In this document: positions 29,621 through 39,144 of the stretch, piece by piece
Numbering within the stretch: the first letter of the stretch is position 1
How the letters are laid out: the number at the start of each line of letters is the position of its first letter
Assembly: GCA_046706305.1 (NCBI GenBank)
Contig: JBJKPQ010000071.1
Coordinates: 2,211 to 66,210, forward strand
Length of the DNA: 64,000 nt
DNA from: Bacteroidales bacterium
GTDB lineage: Bacteria; Bacteroidota; Bacteroidia; Bacteroidales; VadinHA17
Direction: 5' to 3'
Made by a program: the position numbers and the translations under genes
Notes under the pieces: model-generated
The model's input: only the letters and a program-made list of their open reading frames with translations
Told to the model about the DNA's origin: nothing
Databases searched by the model: none

Positions 29621-30649
29621 TTAACGCTTTATCTGGACAAGCCTGATGGGCATAGTGGCCGGCACAAGTCCCGATTTCAGAACAATTCTCTGACCCTGTT
29701 CTCCGCAAGCCCAGTTAATAAAGCCAGAACCAAGACCTGCAAAGGTCTCCCTGGAAATAAGATATACTTCCCTGACAAACGGATATGACTTGTCATATAT
29801 AAAACCCTGTTGCGGACGGTAATATGAGCCGTCGTTAACAAATTGTTGCGATATGGCAACCACATTTATTTTTTTGATGAAACTCATGCTGAGAGAATCA
29901 TGCCTGTTACTTATCCAGTTAACACTTACTATACCAAGGGCATCCGGATTTCTTGATACGAAATTGATGACATCAGGATTGGAGTGGACTGCAAAGAAAT
30001 TAGAGCCCAGTGTGTCCTTGATGTCAAATTGTTCCTTGAAATACCTTATATTACCCGATTTTGTATTGTCGAAAATGACTCTTATATCACCCAGCTTTGA
30101 TTTCGGATTAATTTCATTCCATTTGGTGATCTTGCCAAGGAAAATGTCCTTAACAGTATTGTATTTCATAAGAGAATCTGTATTCTCCTTATTGGTCACA
30201 AGGGCAAGGGCATCGTACGCAAAAGTGGTGGTCCGGGCAACAACGAGAGTGTCACGCAGATACTGTATCTGGGCATCTGTAAGTTTCTTGCTTGTAACAA
30301 TCACCTTGGTGGAGTCATTCATAAAATCGTTAATGACATCAAATTCAGGTTTGTATTCAGCTTTTATCTTTGCATTGACATACAAATGGGTAAAAGTGAA
30401 TACTTCTGTCTCAATCAAAGGCTGAAATGATTCATCTGCAATGATTTTGATATTACCCCTTGTAGGAGTCTCGTTCGTTGCAGTTCTTCCAAGACAAGAG
30501 ACCATAAGCGGAAGAGCAACTGCAAATGTAATGAGGGTTGTTACTAAAAATCTATTTTTGCGGTCTTTATTCACTCTTTTTGATATTGAAAAAATCATGT
30601 TCCGGCTCGCAATAATAATAAAATTTTGAATAAGTGACGCTCTCTTCAT
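29621..30649 (-). CDS. PstS-like (PBP superfamily) substrate-binding protein
   Basis: 342 aa with an N-terminal anchor. The periplasmic-binding-protein-like sequence (IKIIADESFQPL..., NTKSGNIRYF..., VNWIS) and its position upstream of the TPR/exbB genes match the conserved Bacteroidota cluster. Confidence 0.65.
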   Translation of the reverse strand: MKRASLIQNFIIIASRNMIFSISKRVNKDRKNRFLVTTLITFAVALPLMVSCLGRTATNETPTRGNIKIIADESFQPLIETEVFTFTHLYVNAKIKAEYKPEFDVINDFMNDSTKVIVTSKKLTDAQIQYLRDTLVVARTTTFAYDALALVTNKENTDSLMKYNTVKDIFLGKITKWNEINPKSKLGDIRVIFDNTKSGNIRYFKEQFDIKDTLGSNFFAVHSNPDVINFVSRNPDALGIVSVNWISNRHDSLSMSFIKKINVVAISQQFVNDGSYYRPQQGFIYDKSYPFVREVYLISRETFAGLGSGFINWACGEQGQRIVLKSGLVPATMPIRLVQIKR

Positions 30650-30773
30650 ATTCTTAAAATTTTGTTTGTGTTTTTATTATCCTTTTTGTTAACCACTGCA
30701 AAGTACGTGCCAATGCACGTTGTAGTACCGAATAACATATCAGTAACACATTTAAAGCCCAAACAATTAGTTA

Positions 30774-31025
30774 TCAATTATTATCATTCTTTGTGAAAAA
30801 AACCTCTATAATACTTACAACAGTTCTGTATGCCCTGTACAAACCATAAAAAAGAAAAGCAACTCCTGCTATAACACGGACTGGCTTGTCAAGGTAACTT
30901 CTGTCTGAATAGAATATAAAATATACTCCGGCTCCAAGATATAATATTACAAGGAATATTGAAAAAATTGCCGTGATTTGACGCATCAGTCTGCTTTCAT
31001 TCATATCAAAATAAATTTTATCCAA
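30774..31025 (-). CDS. Small membrane protein (hypothetical)
   Basis: 83-aa ORF with two hydrophobic helices. The ORF-track start is TTG; the first ATG is at 31004. Confidence 0.45.
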   Translation of the reverse strand: MDKIYFDMNESRLMRQITAIFSIFLVILYLGAGVYFIFYSDRSYLDKPVRVIAGVAFLFYGLYRAYRTVVSIIEVFFTKNDNN

Positions 31026-31083
31026 ATAAACAAAAAATCAATTTATTATCAAAATTAAACTAAAGATTTCGTTGTAACTTTTT

Positions 31084-32310
31084 TTATTTTTTTAACATTT
31101 TTTCACATAACAGGAGAGAACTGTCTCCGTAACTTAAGAATCTGAAGCCATTGTCGAGGGCATATTTGTAAATTTTTTTCCATTTTTCCCCCGTCCAAGC
31201 CGATACAAGCAAAAGAAGTGTGCTTCCCGGCTGGTGGAAATTTGTTATAATCCCTTTTGTTAACCGGAACTTGTAGCCGGGAATTATTATCATGCTTGTG
31301 GAAGCTTCCATTATCGTTTTGTTTTCCCGTCTTAATTTGTTTATTACAGCTTCCAGGGCACTCTTTGCCGGAATATTCTGTTCGAGACTGTATGGTTCCC
31401 ATTGATCAAGATGCATTAAGCCGTTATCAGCTTCCCTGTTTTGAAGCAACCTGACGCCTGTCCAGTAAAGACTCTCAAGTGTTCTGACAGTTGTTGTCCC
31501 GACAGCAATAATTTTATCCATGTTTCTTAATAGTTCTTCAACAGTAAGCACAGATATGAAATAATGTTCACAATGCATTTCATGGCCGGTAATGCTTTTT
31601 GATTTTACTGGACGAAAAGTTCCGGCTCCAACATGCAGGGTTATTTTTACTGATCCTATTCCGTCGTTTTTAAGATTACCAAGGAGTTTATCTGTAAAAT
31701 GAAGTCCTGCCGTTGGTGCTGCAACCGAACCTTTTATATCGGAATAAACAGTCTGGTATCTTATACGATCATCTTCCGAATCACTCCTGTTTATATACGG
31801 AGGGAGAGGAATATGTCCGGCAGCTTCCAGCACTTCACCGAAACTTAGGTTTTCATTGTTCCATCTGAACCTTATCCTGTATGCATCACCTTCAGGAAAG
31901 ACTTTTTCTGCAATGAGATTTAAAGGATGGTCGTCAAGGTTTACAATAAGTGACAGGGGACCTGATTTCCATTTTTTCAGGTTGCCTACCATGCATTTCC
32001 ATTCCACAGGACCCCGGGAGGTAAATGATTCATCATAGCCGCCTGGTTTGAGTGGCTCAAGGCATAGTATCTCTATCTCCGCTCCCGTTTCTTTCCTGAA
32101 CAATATCCTGGCCTGTATTACTCGGGTATTATTGAACACCAGCAATGATCCGGGAGGCAGGTAATTTCCTATATTTTTAAATTTATCCTCAGTAATCGAG
32201 TCTTTTTCAGATATCAGTATTTTTGAATTATCTCTTTCTTTTACAGGATGTTGTGCTATCCTGTCAGGGGGGAGTTCATAGTTGTATTCGGAAAGATCAA
32301 TATCAATCAT
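31084..32310 (-). CDS. queA: S-adenosylmethionine:tRNA ribosyltransferase-isomerase
   Basis: 408 aa (YELPPDRIAQHPVKERDNSKIL, VAAPTAGLHFT, TLHVGAGTFRPV, AVGTTTVRTLES, FRFLSYGDS). Confidence 0.9.
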   Translation of the reverse strand: MIDIDLSEYNYELPPDRIAQHPVKERDNSKILISEKDSITEDKFKNIGNYLPPGSLLVFNNTRVIQARILFRKETGAEIEILCLEPLKPGGYDESFTSRGPVEWKCMVGNLKKWKSGPLSLIVNLDDHPLNLIAEKVFPEGDAYRIRFRWNNENLSFGEVLEAAGHIPLPPYINRSDSEDDRIRYQTVYSDIKGSVAAPTAGLHFTDKLLGNLKNDGIGSVKITLHVGAGTFRPVKSKSITGHEMHCEHYFISVLTVEELLRNMDKIIAVGTTTVRTLESLYWTGVRLLQNREADNGLMHLDQWEPYSLEQNIPAKSALEAVINKLRRENKTIMEASTSMIIIPGYKFRLTKGIITNFHQPGSTLLLLVSAWTGEKWKKIYKYALDNGFRFLSYGDSSLLLCEKMLKK

Positions 32311-32449
32311 TATCTGTTATTCAGTGTCGTTCTTTAATGTCTGTTTATGATTATCCCTTCTCGGTTTATACAGGAAAAGGAGTAAGCATGGTTTCCCGGT
32401 GCAAAAATAACTATAATTAAAACTCTGTTATCAATTCAGGTTAATTAAT

Positions 32450-32457
32450 TAACTTTG
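32450..32457 (+). promoter_or_regulatory. -7 promoter motif (TAACTTTG) for rnpB
   Basis: Exact TAnnTTTG match ending 4-5 nt before the predicted RNase P RNA 5' end. Confidence 0.45.
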
Positions 32458-32460
32458 CAG

Positions 32461-32829
32461 AGCAGCAGGCTGTTCCATCGCTCTGTCTTTTCAGGGAGGA
32501 AAGTCCGGGCAACTTAGGGCACCATACTTCCTAACAGGAAGATATCCGTGAGGGTATAGTAGTGTAACAGAAAAAAACCGTCACTTTAATGTGATTAGGG
32601 TGAAAAGGTGAGGTAAGAGCTCACCGGTTTTTGTGGTGACACAAAGAGCCGTACGCCTTATGGGTTGAAAGACCATGTATACCGGCGCTGAGGGCGGCCC
32701 GTCCGATGCCGGGGGGTAGGTCGAACGATCCCTGCAGTGATGCAGGGGCTAGATAAATGATGGAAAAGGTCCCGAAGTCTTTTGAAGAAACCGGGGCTTC
32801 ACAGAATCCGGCTTACAGGCCGGCTGCAC
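32461..32829 (+). ncRNA. rnpB: RNase P RNA, bacterial type A
   Basis: Universally conserved P4 strands GAGGAAAGTCCGGGC (32496-32510) and ACAGAATCCGGCTTA (32801-32815). GGTAAGAGCTCACC motif is present. The 5' GCAGC (32462-32466) pairs with the 3' GCTGC (32823-32827) as P1. End coordinates are accurate to about 5 nt. Confidence 0.93.
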
Positions 32830-32835
32830 AAAAAA

Positions 32836-32870
32836 AGCAGTGACAATTAAAATAATGTCACTGCTTTTAA
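32836..32870. terminator. Strong bidirectional terminator after rnpB and the convergent LolA-like gene
   Basis: Perfect 10-bp stem, AGCAGTGACA (32836-32845) with TGTCACTGCT (32856-32865), flanked by an A-run and TTTTAATTTTT. Confidence 0.75.
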
Positions 32871-32926
32871 TTTTTATTTCCTGCGAGGTTTAAATATCCC
32901 TGTAAGGACTGAGGTATTTTGTGTTT

Positions 32927-33628
32927 TTACTTGAGTGTGAAAATACTGTCATCCATGGGGATGTTAACCTCAACCTTGGTAAATTCAATTGTAAATTCCA
33001 TTCCGTTTGCTGATGTAGTTGTTTTCATGGGAAGGAAAACTCCATTGTTGTCTTTATAATCAGTCATGTATGAATCTGCAGTCATGCTCATACCTCCCTG
33101 GTTAACTGAAGTTGTTGTTTTAAGAAGAAGGTAGGAGTCTTTGCTGATAAACAGATCAATCTTATTTCCTCCATCCAGTGTAGCCTGAATTTTAAAGGCC
33201 GGTTTGCCGTTTACATTATCATCTCCGATGAGTTTAAGTTTTCCTTCTTTGAAATAGTTGGCAAGGTAATCCTGGAAAAGATTATTATTCTGCGCCTGGC
33301 TTACCTGTTCAGGTGTCATTTCCACAGGTACTGATGATCCGGTCATCGGATTAATAGAATAGCCCTTGGTACCGTCGAAGGCAGATACCATTTCCTGCCC
33401 GTTGAAATTTGTAACAGTTTTAATTTTATCAGGTTTTTTCATCCAGAGTTCCATTGGCATTTCCATTCCCATCATAGACATCTTACCTGTTATTTTAATT
33501 GTGGAAAGAGCCGATATCTGGTCATGTTTGTTGGCAGCGGAGTACTTTTTTATAATTTCCTCAAGAGATTGGGCATTAAGTGAAGTGACCAGTATTATAC
33601 CGGCCAGAACAGTTACTAGTTTTTTCAT
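32927..33628 (-). CDS. Secreted LolA-like / outer-membrane lipoprotein-sorting-like protein
   Basis: 233 aa with a signal peptide (..SLNAQS). The overall pattern resembles Bacteroidota proteins annotated as outer membrane lipoprotein-sorting protein. The family call is tentative. Confidence 0.5.
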   Translation of the reverse strand: MKKLVTVLAGIILVTSLNAQSLEEIIKKYSAANKHDQISALSTIKITGKMSMMGMEMPMELWMKKPDKIKTVTNFNGQEMVSAFDGTKGYSINPMTGSSVPVEMTPEQVSQAQNNNLFQDYLANYFKEGKLKLIGDDNVNGKPAFKIQATLDGGNKIDLFISKDSYLLLKTTTSVNQGGMSMTADSYMTDYKDNNGVFLPMKTTTSANGMEFTIEFTKVEVNIPMDDSIFTLK

Positions 33629-33653
33629 TTTATTCAGGTGTTTTGTTAAGTGA

Positions 33654-34481
33654 TTAAAAGGAATTTATTGTTTTTCTTATTGCAACGAGTTTCTTCAGCA
33701 GTTTATCCATGTCAGCCAGCCTGAGCATATTGGCTCCGTCGGATTTGGCAACCGACGGATCAGGATGAGTCTCTATAAAGATACCATCGGCGCCAACACT
33801 AATAGCAGCCTTACCTATTGTTTCAATCATCTCGGGATTTCCTCCTGACACACCGGTTTCCTGGTTTGGCTGCTGCAGGGAATGTGTTATGTCCATTATT
33901 ACAGGACACCCTGTTTGTTTCATTACCGGTATATTTCTGAAATCTACAACTAGGTCCTGGTACCCGTACATGTTGCCCCTGTCGGTAAGCATGACTTTGT
34001 CATTGCCGGCATCTATTACTTTTTCCACTGCAAATTTCATCGAGGAACCAGAAAGAAATTGTCCCTTTTTTATGTTTACCCATTTACCTGTCTTTGCAGC
34101 TGCCGTCAGGAGGTCCGTCTGCCTGCAGAGGAAAGCGGGTATCTGTAAAATATCCACATATTGCGCTGCCATTGCTGCTTCTTCAGGGTTATGAATATCC
34201 GTGACAACAGGTACAGAGAATTTTTCTCTTACAGAAGAAAGTATATTAAGTGCTGCAATGTCACCAATTCCGGAAAAAGAGTCGCTTTTTGACCTGTTGG
34301 CTTTCCTGTATGATGATTTAAATACTAAAGGGATGTTGTACTTTTCTGAAAGTTTTACAAGGTGAGCCGCAGTCTCAAATACTATCTCCCTGCTTTCTAC
34401 AACACATGGACCGGCAATCAGCAGGAAATTACCTGAGTCCTTATATTTTATTCCGGGAATATCTATCACAGCTCCTGACAT
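33654..34481 (-). CDS. kdsA: 3-deoxy-8-phosphooctulonate (KDO-8-P) synthase
   Basis: 275 aa (LIAGPCVVES, FKSSYRKANRS, VVTDIH, LQIPAFLCRQTDL, DITHSLQ, ETHPDP). Confidence 0.92.
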   Translation of the reverse strand: MSGAVIDIPGIKYKDSGNFLLIAGPCVVESREIVFETAAHLVKLSEKYNIPLVFKSSYRKANRSKSDSFSGIGDIAALNILSSVREKFSVPVVTDIHNPEEAAMAAQYVDILQIPAFLCRQTDLLTAAAKTGKWVNIKKGQFLSGSSMKFAVEKVIDAGNDKVMLTDRGNMYGYQDLVVDFRNIPVMKQTGCPVIMDITHSLQQPNQETGVSGGNPEMIETIGKAAISVGADGIFIETHPDPSVAKSDGANMLRLADMDKLLKKLVAIRKTINSF

Positions 34482-34621
34482 ATTTGTAACAAAAATATAA
34501 AAATAATTGAAAACTATCTTTTTCGGTTAAGATTTTGTTTGTTATGATTAATTGCCTGTATTATAGTGATATATGTATTAATGTCTATAGCTTGTCTTTT
34601 CTCATAATAAGTTAGAGTCAC

Positions 34622-35920
34622 CTATTTGTCGTAATTATATATGTCTTTCCACATACCTGATAACTTCTTCCTCAATTCTTCTTCCCTGGCATTTGCCCCG
34701 GGTTCAAAGAAAATATTTCCCCTTAGTTCCTCCGGCAGAAAATTATCTTTTACGAAGTTGCCTTTATAACTGTGGGCATATTTATAGTTTTCCCCGTACC
34801 CGATACTTTTCATCAGAGATGTGGGTGCATTTCTTATGTGGAGAGGTACTGGCAGATCACCGGTTTTACGTACAGTATCAATGGCAGTTTCAATAGCCAT
34901 ATAAGTTGAGTTGCTCTTAGGCGATGTGGCAAGGTAGACAGCAGCTTCGGATAGTATTATTCTCGATTCCGGCCAGCCTATAACATTAACGGCATCAAAA
35001 CAGGATTGAGCCAGGAGAAGGGCATTTGGATTTGCGAGACCAATGTCTTCTGCAGCCAGGATCAGCATTCTCCTTGCAATAAATTTTGGATCTTCACCTC
35101 CTTCAACCATCCGTGCCAGCCAGTAGACTGCTGCATTTGGATCACTTCCCCTGAGGGATTTAATGAAAGCTGAAATTATATCATAATGGTTTTCTCCGTT
35201 TTTGTCATAAACAGCGAGGTTTTTTTGAACCTGCCGGAGTACTTTTTCATTATTGATAATAATCTTTCCCTGAGATTCCTCATCAGGTTCGGAACTGATA
35301 ACCAGTTCAAGGGCATTATATAGTTTCCTGGCATCTCCTCCTGACACACGGAGTAATGCTTCATATTCTTCAACTTCAACATTCAGGCGCGAGAGTACGA
35401 TATCCTTCTTCAGGGCTTTGTTAACCAGGCTTATCAGTTCTTCAGAAGAAAGAGGATTCATTATATATACCTGGCATCTGGAAAGCAGGGGGGAAATTAC
35501 TTCGAAACTGGGATTTTCAGTGGTGGCTCCGATAAGGGTTATTACTCCCTGTTCCACAGCACTAAGTAATGAGTCCTGCTGTGATTTGTTAAACCTGTGA
35601 ATCTCATCAATGAAAAGAATGGGATTTGGATTGTCGAAAAATTGCTGTTTTTTTGCCTTATCTATAGTCTCTCTTACTTCCTTTACCCCGGAGTGTACAG
35701 CACTCAGTGAAAAAAATGGCCGCTTCAGTGTGTTGGCTATTATGCCGGCAATAGTTGTTTTACCAACTCCCGGAGGTCCCCATAGAATAAATGAAGGAAT
35801 ATTACCGGATTCGATCAGATTCCTGAGGACAGCATTTTTGCCAACAAGATGTTTCTGACCGCAGAATTCATCAAGTCGCTTAGGCCTAAGCCTTTCCGCA
35901 AGTGGTTGATTGACCGGCAT
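34622..35920 (-). CDS. rarA: Replication-associated recombination protein A (AAA+ ATPase)
   Basis: 432 aa (LAERLRPKRLDEF, Walker A GPPGVGKTT, Walker B LFIDEIHRFNK, GATTENPSFE, MgsA C-terminal domain YWLARM...GEDP). Confidence 0.92.
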   Translation of the reverse strand: MPVNQPLAERLRPKRLDEFCGQKHLVGKNAVLRNLIESGNIPSFILWGPPGVGKTTIAGIIANTLKRPFFSLSAVHSGVKEVRETIDKAKKQQFFDNPNPILFIDEIHRFNKSQQDSLLSAVEQGVITLIGATTENPSFEVISPLLSRCQVYIMNPLSSEELISLVNKALKKDIVLSRLNVEVEEYEALLRVSGGDARKLYNALELVISSEPDEESQGKIIINNEKVLRQVQKNLAVYDKNGENHYDIISAFIKSLRGSDPNAAVYWLARMVEGGEDPKFIARRMLILAAEDIGLANPNALLLAQSCFDAVNVIGWPESRIILSEAAVYLATSPKSNSTYMAIETAIDTVRKTGDLPVPLHIRNAPTSLMKSIGYGENYKYAHSYKGNFVKDNFLPEELRGNIFFEPGANAREEELRKKLSGMWKDIYNYDK

Positions 35921-36082
35921 AGATAGAAATCTTTGCGTAAAAGTAATAAAAACAATCCTTAAACCTTATTTAATTATTTTCAGTCTGGCTTTATATTTAT
36001 TAAGTTTTACCTTTTATCACTTGTTTTACTTATAATTGTATCCGCCTTTGCGGCTGATTAAATTATTTTAGTTTTACTCTTT

Positions 36083-37789
36083 ATGAACAGAATCATATAT
36101 TTTTTAACGGTAATGCTTCTGATAGCCGGCTGTTCCTCGAAAAGTGGCAGAAATGAACGGGAAATTAAGGAAGGACGGGGTATAGTTGCAGACAGTGGTA
36201 TGGTTGTGTCGGCCCATCCTTCAGCTTCAGTTATAGGAGCAGGGATTCTTAAATCGGGAGGAAATGCTGTTGATGCTGCCGTGGCCACAGGGTTTGCTCT
36301 GGCAGTATGTTATCCTGAGGCTGGAAATATTGGTGGAGGAGGTTTTATGCTGATCAGACTTGCAAATGGTAAGAAGGACCTTATCGACTTTCGCGAAAAG
36401 GCTCCTCTTAAATCAAGCCGTAACATGTACATCGATAATGCCGGAAATGTAATCGCCGGGCTTAGTACAGATACTGGTCTTGCAACAGGTGTCCCGGGAT
36501 CGGTCGACGGGCTTATTATGGCTTTGTCGGAATATGGCACAATGACCCTTAGAGATGTTATCCAGCCGGCAATAAACCTTGCCGAAAATGGTTTTGTTCT
36601 TACAGACGAACAGGCATCAGGACTGAACAGGAACAGGGAAACATTTATTGCAAGAAATCCTTCCGGTTCGGCATTTGTCAGAAACTCTTTGTGGCATGCA
36701 GGAGACACTCTTGTCCAGAAAGACCTTGCTGAGACCTTGATGAGAATCAGGGATGAAGGCAGGGCAGGCTTCTACAACGGCAAAACAGCTGAATTACTTG
36801 TCAGTCAGATGGAAGGTATAGATGGTATTATTACTTTAGAAGACCTCAGTGACTACAGGTCTGTATCTCGGGTTCCCCTGGAAGCATCATACAGGGGATA
36901 TAAAATAATTACCGTACCACCTCCATCAGGAGGAGGAATAACACTCCTGCAGCTCCTTGGCATGATAGAACCATATCCTGTGAGGGAGTGGGGATTTCAT
37001 TCGGCAAAAACGATCCACCTCATGGTGGAGGCTGAAAGAAGAGCGTTTGCCGACAGGTCAGTATATCCCGGCGATCCCGCTTTTGTAAGTGTTCCTGTTA
37101 AGGAGCTTATAAACGCTGATTATCTTAAAGCAAGGATGAAATCTTTTGATGAAGACAGGGCATCCCTTTCTGACGAAATAAAACCAGGAAAAGTACCGGG
37201 ATATGAAAGCACTGAGACAACCCATTATTCTGTTGTTGATTTTAATGGTAATGCCGTCTCTGTCACAACTACCCTTAACGGTTCGTTTGGAAACAGTATC
37301 GTTGTAGGTGGTGCAGGCTTCCTGCTGAACAATGAAATGGATGATTTTTCTATCAAGCCGGGATTTCCCAATATGTACGGACTTGTTGGTGGTGAAGCCA
37401 ATTCAGTACAACCGGGCAAGAGAATGCTGAGCTCCATGACGCCCACAATAGTTGAAAAAGAAAACAGTCTTTTTTTAGTTGTGGGATCACCAGGTGGTTC
37501 GACTATTCCGACTACAGTGTTCCAGGTTATTGTAAATGTTATAGATTTTGGGATGGATATTCAACAGGCAGTTGATGCCGGCAGATTCCATCACCAGTGG
37601 TTGCCCGACCGGATAAGTTATGAAAGTAAAGCTGTTGACAGCATTACAATCGCCAGACTTACTTCCATGGGACATAAATTGAAGATGGTCGGATCAATAG
37701 GTCGTACCAATGCTGTCGGGGTGTTGTCAGATGGCAGAAAAGAAGGGGGGGCAGACATCCGGGGAGATAACTCTGCTTGCGGTTACTGA
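36083..37789 (+). CDS. ggt: Gamma-glutamyltransferase (lipoprotein)
   Basis: 568 aa with a lipobox (LLIAGC), the autoprocessing/catalytic Thr context ETTHYSVVD, and GSPGGSTI. Confidence 0.92.
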   Translation: MNRIIYFLTVMLLIAGCSSKSGRNEREIKEGRGIVADSGMVVSAHPSASVIGAGILKSGGNAVDAAVATGFALAVCYPEAGNIGGGGFMLIRLANGKKDLIDFREKAPLKSSRNMYIDNAGNVIAGLSTDTGLATGVPGSVDGLIMALSEYGTMTLRDVIQPAINLAENGFVLTDEQASGLNRNRETFIARNPSGSAFVRNSLWHAGDTLVQKDLAETLMRIRDEGRAGFYNGKTAELLVSQMEGIDGIITLEDLSDYRSVSRVPLEASYRGYKIITVPPPSGGGITLLQLLGMIEPYPVREWGFHSAKTIHLMVEAERRAFADRSVYPGDPAFVSVPVKELINADYLKARMKSFDEDRASLSDEIKPGKVPGYESTETTHYSVVDFNGNAVSVTTTLNGSFGNSIVVGGAGFLLNNEMDDFSIKPGFPNMYGLVGGEANSVQPGKRMLSSMTPTIVEKENSLFLVVGSPGGSTIPTTVFQVIVNVIDFGMDIQQAVDAGRFHHQWLPDRISYESKAVDSITIARLTSMGHKLKMVGSIGRTNAVGVLSDGRKEGGADIRGDNSACGY

Positions 37790-37938
37790 GCATTCAGGGA
37801 CCCAAATATTTTTAGTAAATTGCCTTAAATTTATTTTATATAAAGAAATAAATTAATACTTTTAACAATTGAAATTAACATTTCATCTAAATTCAGATTA
37901 TTGTTATTGTATTTGAATACCTTCAGATATACACAGTT

Positions 37939-39099
37939 ATGAAAAAGACTCTGCTTATTGTAGTTATCATTCTGGCGGTAATTATTGCCCTGCCTGTAAT
38001 AAATCTTATACGATGGTCTTTTCAGGCAAAGAAGCCCATGGATATTATAATAGTAGATAAAACTGTGCCTACCCTTGAAAGGGAACACCATAAATCTTTT
38101 AACTGGTTACTGACAAACGAAAGGTTTGTTAAAAAGGACCAGGGAACAAGTTATTCATACAGAAAAGATTACTATGGTTTTTATCCCCTTCGTCCTTTAC
38201 GCGATAAGAAATGGGATAAAAAGAATCTGTCGCTGACAGACCTTATTAATCTAGCAGAAAAAAATGATGCAGTCTATTTTACCGATACCTACGGTGTTTT
38301 CTTTAACGACTGGTACAGGGGTATAAGTAAAAGCCGCCGTTCCAGGAAAATTTACGGAGGACTAAACAACAACGATAATCTTCTTATAAAGGAGATGAAG
38401 GACAGAAATAAACTTATAGTTCTCGAGTACAATACTTTTGATTATCCTACTCCGCCTTTTGAATCGGTCAGGCTTCAGCAGAGACTGGGAATATCGTATG
38501 GCGGGTGGACCGGAAAATATTTCAGTTCGCTGGATACAACAGCCGAGGATTTCCCGGTTTGGATGACGGGCATGTACAGGAAGAAATATCTTAAACCATG
38601 GAAGTTTACAAAACCAGGCATTGTCTTATTGAATGAGAAAACAATTGTTGTACTTGAAGAGGGGGAAGGCCTTAAGGATGCGATGCCGCATATAGTAACT
38701 GATAAGGATATGGCTGATAAATACGGAGTTGTTGGTTCAGTTGCTTTTGACCAGTGGTTCGATATTGTTGATCCTATGCAGAATGAGATAATATCGAGGT
38801 TTTCTTTATCCACAACCCAGGCAGGTGATACTATTCTTGCTGCTAACAATCTTTCAAATATTTTCCCTGCTGCTTTAAAAATGCCTGACCAGCAAAATGT
38901 TTATTACTTTTCGGGTGATTTCACACATGCTAATATACCATACTGGACATCCATGTTTGAAGGCTTTTCAAAATTGAAGGGCATACTCTATTCAAATGAT
39001 AAACCGGATGATACAAGGAGGTTTTTCTGGCTTTATTACAGGCCTCTGTTAAATACTATTTTTACCGATTATTATAACTCAAACGTAAAAAAGCAGTAA
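37939..39099 (+). CDS. Hypothetical membrane-anchored protein (386 aa)
   Basis: A single N-terminal TM helix followed by a large soluble domain rich in W/Y/F. I recognise no motif. Confidence 0.55.
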   Translation: MKKTLLIVVIILAVIIALPVINLIRWSFQAKKPMDIIIVDKTVPTLEREHHKSFNWLLTNERFVKKDQGTSYSYRKDYYGFYPLRPLRDKKWDKKNLSLTDLINLAEKNDAVYFTDTYGVFFNDWYRGISKSRRSRKIYGGLNNNDNLLIKEMKDRNKLIVLEYNTFDYPTPPFESVRLQQRLGISYGGWTGKYFSSLDTTAEDFPVWMTGMYRKKYLKPWKFTKPGIVLLNEKTIVVLEEGEGLKDAMPHIVTDKDMADKYGVVGSVAFDQWFDIVDPMQNEIISRFSLSTTQAGDTILAANNLSNIFPAALKMPDQQNVYYFSGDFTHANIPYWTSMFEGFSKLKGILYSNDKPDDTRRFFWLYYRPLLNTIFTDYYNSNVKKQ

Positions 39100-39144
39100 A
39101 CTCCGGTATTATTGCAGTAAAAGGCCGGCTTTCCCGGCAAAGCA

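Noticed and set aside
29853-30425. 190-aa plus-strand ORF
   Set aside because: It is an antisense shadow of the PstS-like gene and has no recognisable motifs.
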